From the NCBI GenBank assembly GCA_017853735.1, contig JAFMJA010000001.1, positions 1-33,899 on the forward strand: a stretch of 33,899 nt of DNA, written 5' to 3'. The notes below the pieces were generated by a model, which did no database searches, was not told the origin of the DNA, and was given only the letters and a program-made list of their open reading frames with translations. This document shows positions 28,161-33,899 of the stretch, piece by piece (the stretch's first letter is position 1; the number at the start of each line of letters is the position of its first letter). This DNA is from Burkholderiaceae bacterium. GTDB taxonomy: Bacteria; Pseudomonadota; Gammaproteobacteria; Burkholderiales; Burkholderiaceae_C. Made by a program: the position numbers and the translations under genes.

Positions 28161-30092
28161 TCACTGATTGGACAGCATGAAGCCGGCAAAGAAGCCCGCC
28201 AGCTCCCGATGGGCATTCAATGGCAAGACATGAGCAATGTATTGGTCAGGTCGGACCAGTACCAGGCAGCCCTGCGTCCGGTCGATGCCACGCAAGTCAA
28301 AAATGTCTGGTTCACTTTTCGGGTCAGCGCAAAAAACTTTTTCGTAGTCGCGCAGCCCATAGCGCCCCTTGCGCGGCAGCAACAGCGCGGGCATGGACTC
28401 AATGGCCAATTCATGGTGCGCTTGCTGGAAGATTGCCCGCAGGTCAAAGACCGAGTCGATATCCTGGCCAGGCGGGGTGTACAGGCGCAGCGGTGAATCG
28501 GCAGACTGCTCCAGAAACTTGCAAAGAGCACCCACACCCTTGCTGTCGTTGCGATGATCGTCAGCGCCGGCAAAGGCATAGAGTCGCCAGCGACCATCGG
28601 CCTTGGCGGCATGGCCTAATTGCACCCGCTTGGCATCGGTGATCCGTATGACCGGCGCCGAATGAAAGCGCATACCCACCAGCAATCCGCTGGCCAGGTG
28701 CTGATGGGTGCTGGGTCCTGTCAGAGAGGAGGGCTGGTATTGGGTGCCCATGCCAGCTGTAAAGCGCAGATGTTTTTCAAAATATTTCTGGAATTCTTTG
28801 GGATCCACACCGCCGCTGCCCTGCTGGTTTTGCGCCGGCTTGTCGCTGATCATCTTGGCCCATTCCCGGTCAAAAGTGATCAGATCGTTGCCCACCGACT
28901 GACGCTCCGCCGAGTAGCTGTGCAGCAGATCAGGCAGGCATTGCCTGCGTAACACTGCAGCCAGCTTCCAACCCAAGTTGAAGCTGTCCTGCATGGAAAA
29001 ATTCATGCCTTGCCCGGCTTTGGGGCTGTGGGTATGGCAGGCATCGCCGGCAATGAACACCCGGGGCTGGCGCGAATGTACTTTTTCCGCAGGGACGTCG
29101 TCGTATTTGTCGCAGATACGGTGGCCAATTTCATAGACCGACCACCAGACCACCTCTTTCACCTCCAGGGTGTAGGGGTGGAAGATGCTCTGAGCAGCAG
29201 CGATCAACCGGTCGACCGTGATCTGGCGCTGGGCCACACGTTCATCTTCGCCAAGCTTGTCCATCTCCACATATAGACGCACCAGGTAGCCGCCCTCGCG
29301 TGGAATGATCAGCAGATTGCCGCCGTTGTTGGACTGGATCGCCACTTTGTAGCGGATGTCCGGAAAATCCGTCACCGCCAGGATGTCCATCACGCCCCAA
29401 GCCTGGTTGGCGGCATCACCTACCAGCTCCAGGCCCATTGATTTACGTACTGCGCTACGGGCACCGTCGCAACCCACCACATAGCGCGCCCTGATCATTT
29501 CCACTTGGCCGTCATGGTGAGTATCGACACGCTCCAGCCGGGCGGTCACAGGATGGTCAGTGGCGCTGGCATCCACCTGCAGATCCAACAACTTGCGCCC
29601 GTAATGCGGGGCGAGCCGGTTAGGTGAGTTGCGCATGAATTCCAGATAAAAATCGTGCACCCGGGCCTGGTTCAGCACCACATGGGGAAATTCTGACAAT
29701 CCATCCTCGGTGTCCTGCACCCGGCCATGGCGCATGATGTTCTGGGGTTGGTTGGGGTCCGGTTTCCAGAAAGTGACCTCATTGATCCAGCAGGATTCAA
29801 GCAGAACCTGGTCGGCAAAATCAAAAGCCTGGAACATTTCCATGGTCCTGCAGGCAATTCCATCGGCTTGACCCAGTTCCAGCGGCCCCTCCTTCACATC
29901 GACAATGACGGTGTGAATATCGGGGAAGGCCGAGAGTTGGGCAGCCAGGGTCAAGCCTGCGGGTCCGCAGCCAACGATCAGCACATCCGCCTGAGCTGGC
30001 AAGTCACCGCTGACTGGCTTGTCTTTCAGCCGCGGTGCGATTTCCCTGAGTTTGGGGTCGCGGCCGAAAAAGCCGTTGAGAAAAAACTGCAC
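28161..30092 (-). CDS. mobA: FAD-dependent aromatic monooxygenase, 3-hydroxybenzoate 4-monooxygenase (MobA)/phenol 2-monooxygenase family
   Basis: MQFFLNGF start, GCGPAG, GQADGIACRTMEMF, GCDGARS, GDACHTHSPKAGQGMN, C-terminal thioredoxin-like VRPDQY. GTG start. Confidence 0.88.
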   Translation of the reverse strand: MQFFLNGFFGRDPKLREIAPRLKDKPVSGDLPAQADVLIVGCGPAGLTLAAQLSAFPDIHTVIVDVKEGPLELGQADGIACRTMEMFQAFDFADQVLLESCWINEVTFWKPDPNQPQNIMRHGRVQDTEDGLSEFPHVVLNQARVHDFYLEFMRNSPNRLAPHYGRKLLDLQVDASATDHPVTARLERVDTHHDGQVEMIRARYVVGCDGARSAVRKSMGLELVGDAANQAWGVMDILAVTDFPDIRYKVAIQSNNGGNLLIIPREGGYLVRLYVEMDKLGEDERVAQRQITVDRLIAAAQSIFHPYTLEVKEVVWWSVYEIGHRICDKYDDVPAEKVHSRQPRVFIAGDACHTHSPKAGQGMNFSMQDSFNLGWKLAAVLRRQCLPDLLHSYSAERQSVGNDLITFDREWAKMISDKPAQNQQGSGGVDPKEFQKYFEKHLRFTAGMGTQYQPSSLTGPSTHQHLASGLLVGMRFHSAPVIRITDAKRVQLGHAAKADGRWRLYAFAGADDHRNDSKGVGALCKFLEQSADSPLRLYTPPGQDIDSVFDLRAIFQQAHHELAIESMPALLLPRKGRYGLRDYEKVFCADPKSEPDIFDLRGIDRTQGCLVLVRPDQYIAHVLPLNAHRELAGFFAGFMLSNQ

Positions 30093-30120
30093 GGATGGGT
30101 TCCCTTGATAAGCTGATTGT

Positions 30121-31596
30121 TCAAAATTGCTGCACTCCGCGCTGCTGATTTTCCTTCAATTCAGGTGGGCGTATGCCCAACAATTCGGGAACCAAGGTTT
30201 CGTAAGTGGCTGCGATGTCCAGCAAGCTGCTTTCCTGGTGGGGTCTGCCAATCAGTTGCAATCCAGCTGGCCAGTGGCCGTTCGGATGGAACCCCGCGGG
30301 CAGGCTCAGGGCGGGCAAGCCAGCCAGGGTGGCATAGATGGTGACTTCCATCCACCGGTGGTAGGTGTCCATCTTGCGGCCTGCAATCGCATGGGGCCAA
30401 CGCTCACGCAATGGAAATGGCCAGACCTGAGTCGCAGGTAGCGCCAGCACATCAAAGCGCTCGAACAGCTTGAGCAGATGGGCATAAAAGGCCGAACGGG
30501 TTTTGCTGGCCTGCATGAATTGACCAATACCCAGGTGCTGGGATTGTTCATATTCCCAAAGGGCTTCAGGCTTGATCAGATCGCTGGCCCCAGGCAAGGC
30601 CAGATAGTCAGCCACCCTGGATCCAATCAAGGCTTGTCGCCAAACCAGCCAGGCGCTCCAGAGCTGCTGGGGATCAAATCCCAGAGGTGCAAGGGTGACT
30701 TCAGCACCGGCTTTAGCCAAATTCTGCAAGGCCAGCTCACAGACCATGAGCAGTCCATCATCCATCGGAAGATAGCCTTCCAGATCAGCTAGCCATGCGA
30801 TGCGTAAGCCGTGCAGGTCTTTGCCGCCAGTCGTGAGGGACCAGTTTTCATCAAAGCTGTTGGCGATCGCCAAGGGTGTGCGCGCATCCGGCCCGGACTG
30901 GATAGCCAGCAGGCGCGCGAGGTCAAGCGCTGTGCGCGCCATCGGGCCTTCGGTGGCGAGCTGGCTGAGCCATACATCACTGGCCGGCCATTGCGGCACC
31001 CGCCCTTGGCTGGGACGTAGACCAAAAACATGGTTCCAGGCTGCTGGATTGCGTAAAGAGCCCATGAAATCGGAGCCATCAGCCACAGGAAGCATTCGTT
31101 GGGCCAGGGCTACTGCAGCGCCGCCACTGGACCCACCCGCCGAGACGGAGGTGTCCCAGGCGTTGGGGGTGGGACCAAATACCTCATTGAAGGTGTGTGA
31201 GCCCAGGCCAAACTCCGGCATATTGGTCTTGCCAATCACAATACCGCCCGCCGCCTTCATTCGAGCCACCATCAACCCGTCCTGTTGGGCGATGGAATTC
31301 CTGAACAGGGCGCTACCGTGGGTAGTGGGAAAACCCAGGGCCAGTACGTTGTCCTTCACCGCCAAAGGCATGCCATGCAGCCAGCCACGGGAATGCCCCT
31401 GGGAGAGCTCCCGGTCGCGCTCCTCGGACTGCAGTAACAAGTCCTGATCGCTAGCCAGGCTGACGATGGCGTTGTAGTGAGGATTCAGGCGGTGGATTCT
31501 TGTGAGATACGCCTGCATCACCTCACGGCAGGAGATCTGGCGACTATGGATCGCCCTGGAGAGCGCATCTGCCGCAAGTGCAGTAATGTCAAGCAT
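30121..31596 (-). CDS. Amidase (amidase-signature family)
   Basis: AVKD (Lys), GKTNMPEF, AGGSSGG, GSDFMGSLRNPA; Ser-cisSer-Lys triad present. Confidence 0.93.
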   Translation of the reverse strand: MLDITALAADALSRAIHSRQISCREVMQAYLTRIHRLNPHYNAIVSLASDQDLLLQSEERDRELSQGHSRGWLHGMPLAVKDNVLALGFPTTHGSALFRNSIAQQDGLMVARMKAAGGIVIGKTNMPEFGLGSHTFNEVFGPTPNAWDTSVSAGGSSGGAAVALAQRMLPVADGSDFMGSLRNPAAWNHVFGLRPSQGRVPQWPASDVWLSQLATEGPMARTALDLARLLAIQSGPDARTPLAIANSFDENWSLTTGGKDLHGLRIAWLADLEGYLPMDDGLLMVCELALQNLAKAGAEVTLAPLGFDPQQLWSAWLVWRQALIGSRVADYLALPGASDLIKPEALWEYEQSQHLGIGQFMQASKTRSAFYAHLLKLFERFDVLALPATQVWPFPLRERWPHAIAGRKMDTYHRWMEVTIYATLAGLPALSLPAGFHPNGHWPAGLQLIGRPHQESSLLDIAATYETLVPELLGIRPPELKENQQRGVQQF

Positions 31597-31607
31597 GAGA
31601 CCTCAAT

Positions 31608-32144
31608 TCAGCGCTCGAATTCCTTTTGGTGCATCCAGACCGCGTGCTTGGGAGCGCGCCGGGTGCGGCTCCATTCTTCGAGCATGTCCCATTTCACCTG
31701 GTCAAGTTTTTGGTACATCTCAGGCGTGCCGGTGTTGACGGCCAATTCCAGCCGATGTCCATTGGGGTCAAAGAAATAGATGCTCCTGAAAATCGTATGG
31801 TCAGTGATGCCCAGGACGGAAATCCCGGCAGCTTCCAGCCTGGCCTTGGATTGCTCCAGCATCTCCAGGTTTTCCAGCTCAAAGGCAATATGTTGAACCC
31901 AGTCCGGTGTGTTTTCATCCCGGCCCATTGCGGGGGCGTTGGGCAGCTCGAAAAAGGCCAACACATTGCCGTTGCCTGCATCAAGAAACACATGCATGTA
32001 GGGGTCGTCCGAATGCGTGGAGGGCACCTGATCCTCGGCAATGGCCAGTAAAAACTTCATGTCCAGATGCTTCACATACCAGTCCACCGTCTGCTTGGCG
32101 TCCTTACAGCGGTAGGCAGCATGGTGGATTCGACACAGTTTCAT
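31608..32144 (-). CDS. VOC (glyoxalase-like) family protein, possible ring-cleaving dioxygenase
   Basis: IHHAAYRC, QHIAFE and SIYFFDPNGHRLE give a His/His/Glu metal triad. RBS GAGGGG before ATG 32144. Confidence 0.88.
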   Translation of the reverse strand: MKLCRIHHAAYRCKDAKQTVDWYVKHLDMKFLLAIAEDQVPSTHSDDPYMHVFLDAGNGNVLAFFELPNAPAMGRDENTPDWVQHIAFELENLEMLEQSKARLEAAGISVLGITDHTIFRSIYFFDPNGHRLELAVNTGTPEMYQKLDQVKWDMLEEWSRTRRAPKHAVWMHQKEFER

Positions 32145-32292
32145 GACAAAACCCCTCGTTTCAATAAATCCGGCAGGATAGTGATCAAGCTGAACCGCTG
32201 GCCCAGCGGGTGCTCCCGCACAGACCAAGGACAAGTCTAATCCCAAAGGCCGGGCTAGGATATGTCACCATTACGGCCAGAAGGAGATCGAT

Positions 32293-32694
32293 GTGCCGCA
32301 TCTTGTGATTCTTTACACCGCCAATCTTGATGCACAGTCCGACATGAAGGGCTTGTGCCGAGATTTGTGCGACACCATGCTCGATCAGCGTGATGAGGTG
32401 GGTGAGCAGGTTTTTCCCACCGCTGGGACTCGTGTCCTGGCTTACCCTGCGCCGCACTATGCGGTTGCCGATGGGCAGGGTGATTACGCTTTTGTCTACC
32501 TCAACCTGCGCATGACCAGTGGGCGTTCGGGGTCGGTCAAGGAGCAAATCGGCCAGGCTTTGCTGGCGCGCACCAAAGCCCATTTTGCGGCTCTGTTTGA
32601 TCAGCGTCACCTGGGTCTGACCTTGCAGATTGACGAGGGCGCAGAGTCCTTTAACGCAAGGCATAACAACATGTATTCCCTCTTTGCGCAATGA
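32293..32694 (+). CDS. hpcD: 5-carboxymethyl-2-hydroxymuconate isomerase family protein
   Basis: N-terminal catalytic Pro (MPHLVILYTANL), VFPTAGTRV, YAVADG, GRS. GTG start after AAGGAG. Confidence 0.85.
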   Translation: MPHLVILYTANLDAQSDMKGLCRDLCDTMLDQRDEVGEQVFPTAGTRVLAYPAPHYAVADGQGDYAFVYLNLRMTSGRSGSVKEQIGQALLARTKAHFAALFDQRHLGLTLQIDEGAESFNARHNNMYSLFAQ

Positions 32695-33695
32695 GCTTGG
32701 GCGCTCCGTTCCAGAAGGTCTGTGTGGTGGGTGCCGGAGCCATTGGCGGCTGGTTGGCTGTTTTGCTGGCGCGCGCCGGTTGCTCGGTATCCGTGTTGGC
32801 GCGTGGCGCCACCTTGCAGGCCATCTTGCGCGAGGGACTGACCCTCAAAATGGCGGGGCAGACCCTGCGCGTGCAAGTGCCCGTCAGCGAAGAACCAGAG
32901 CGGATCGGGGAGCAGCAGTTGGTGATTCTTGCGCTCAAGGCGCCGGCTTTGCCCGCCGTGGTGCACAGACTGGCTCCTCTGCTGGGGCCAGAGACCGTGG
33001 TCCTGACCGCCATGAATGGCATCCCCTGGTGGTTTTTGCAGGGAATTGGCGGTCCCTTGGCGGGCCGTCCACTTCAGTCTGTCGATCCAAACGGAGAACT
33101 GGCCAGCACAATGCCGATTGCGCAGGTGCTCGGTGGCGTAGTCCATGCCAGTTGTGCAATCGAATCGCCGGGTGTGGTGCGTCACCACTTTGGCGATGGA
33201 TTGATTGTGGGAGAACCCTTGGGGGGCGAAAGCGATCGGGTCCATCAACTGGTGTCTTTATTCAAAGCGGCAGGACTGAATGCCAGTGCCTCAGCGCTGA
33301 TCCAGCGTGATATCTGGTACAAGCTTTGGGGCAATATGACCATCAATCCAGTCAGCGCCCTGACCGGTGCCACCGGTGATCGCATTCTTGACGATTCGCT
33401 GGTGCGTGGCTTTATTTCGGCGGTCATGCTGGAGGCCCGGGAAATCGGCGCACGCCTGGGTATTCCGATCGCGCAACAACCCGAGGATCGCCACGCTGTC
33501 ACCCGCAAGCTCGGCGCTTTCAAGACCTCCATGCTGCAGGACCTGGAGGCGGGCAAGCCGATGGAACTGGACGCCTTGGTGGGTGCAGTGCGCGAACTGG
33601 GCCAACTCACCGAAGTACCCACCCCCATGACCGATGCCTTGTTTGGTCTGGCAAGATTGCAGGCCCGTGTCAGAGGCTTGTATCAGGAGGGCTGA
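32691..33695 (+). CDS. panE: 2-dehydropantoate 2-reductase (ketopantoate reductase family)
   Basis: GAGAIGG, AMNGIPWW, IWYKLWGN, KTSMLQD..AGKPMELD. True substrate not established. Confidence 0.88.
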   Translation: MSLGAPFQKVCVVGAGAIGGWLAVLLARAGCSVSVLARGATLQAILREGLTLKMAGQTLRVQVPVSEEPERIGEQQLVILALKAPALPAVVHRLAPLLGPETVVLTAMNGIPWWFLQGIGGPLAGRPLQSVDPNGELASTMPIAQVLGGVVHASCAIESPGVVRHHFGDGLIVGEPLGGESDRVHQLVSLFKAAGLNASASALIQRDIWYKLWGNMTINPVSALTGATGDRILDDSLVRGFISAVMLEAREIGARLGIPIAQQPEDRHAVTRKLGAFKTSMLQDLEAGKPMELDALVGAVRELGQLTEVPTPMTDALFGLARLQARVRGLYQEG

Positions 33696-33858
33696 TCGGC
33701 TGGCCGTTCGGCGCGCAATTGCTGGATCATGAAATCAGCCTGGCCGGCTTGAAATGCCCGAGCCAGGTGGAATTTCTGGAGGACGGGCAGATGCCGCACA
33801 CTGCAACTGGTAAGGTATTGCACCGTGTACTCAGGCAACGCTAGATCCAGACAGCAGA

Positions 33859-33899
33859 TCAGGTATTGAGCTGATCGCGCAAGGTCCGCTTCATCACCT
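33859..33899 (-). CDS. Probable 3' end of an AMP-binding (acyl-CoA synthetase-like) protein, truncated by the window
   Basis: Reads (K)VMKRTLRDQLNT*, resembling the terminal GKxxKxxLR motif. Only 41 nt visible. Confidence 0.4.
   Translation of the reverse strand, partial: VMKRTLRDQLNT

Overview
A gene-dense, moderately GC-rich bacterial window. Gene content suggests Betaproteobacteria, probably Burkholderiales/Comamonadaceae (inferred from the Bug/TTT receptor, MobA-like hydroxylase and gluQ/trmB/pirin arrangement). In order it holds: a branched-chain-type ABC transporter operon running into a Ser-less alpha/beta hydrolase and a NicAB-like molybdenum hydroxylase; a metY/hydrolase/CBS group; RNA-modification genes (RluA-family, trmB, gluQ) and a pirin; a six-gene operon joining a Tat-signal IorAB-like Mo oxidoreductase to paralogous soxX-soxY(AAC arm)-soxZ-soxA with no soxB/soxCD; an AapJQMP amino acid transporter; an LLM monooxygenase and a MesD-like core methionine synthase; a DEAD-box helicase with a structured leader; a Bug receptor; a decayed Vgb-lyase pseudogene; a VOC-amidase-MobA aromatic operon; and hpcD-panE. 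No rRNA, tRNA, CRISPR array, mobile element or intact transcription-factor gene was recognised. The best candidate for an undescribed system is the Mo-oxidoreductase/Sox-paralog operon at 13578-18324. All family calls come from motif recognition, not database searches.
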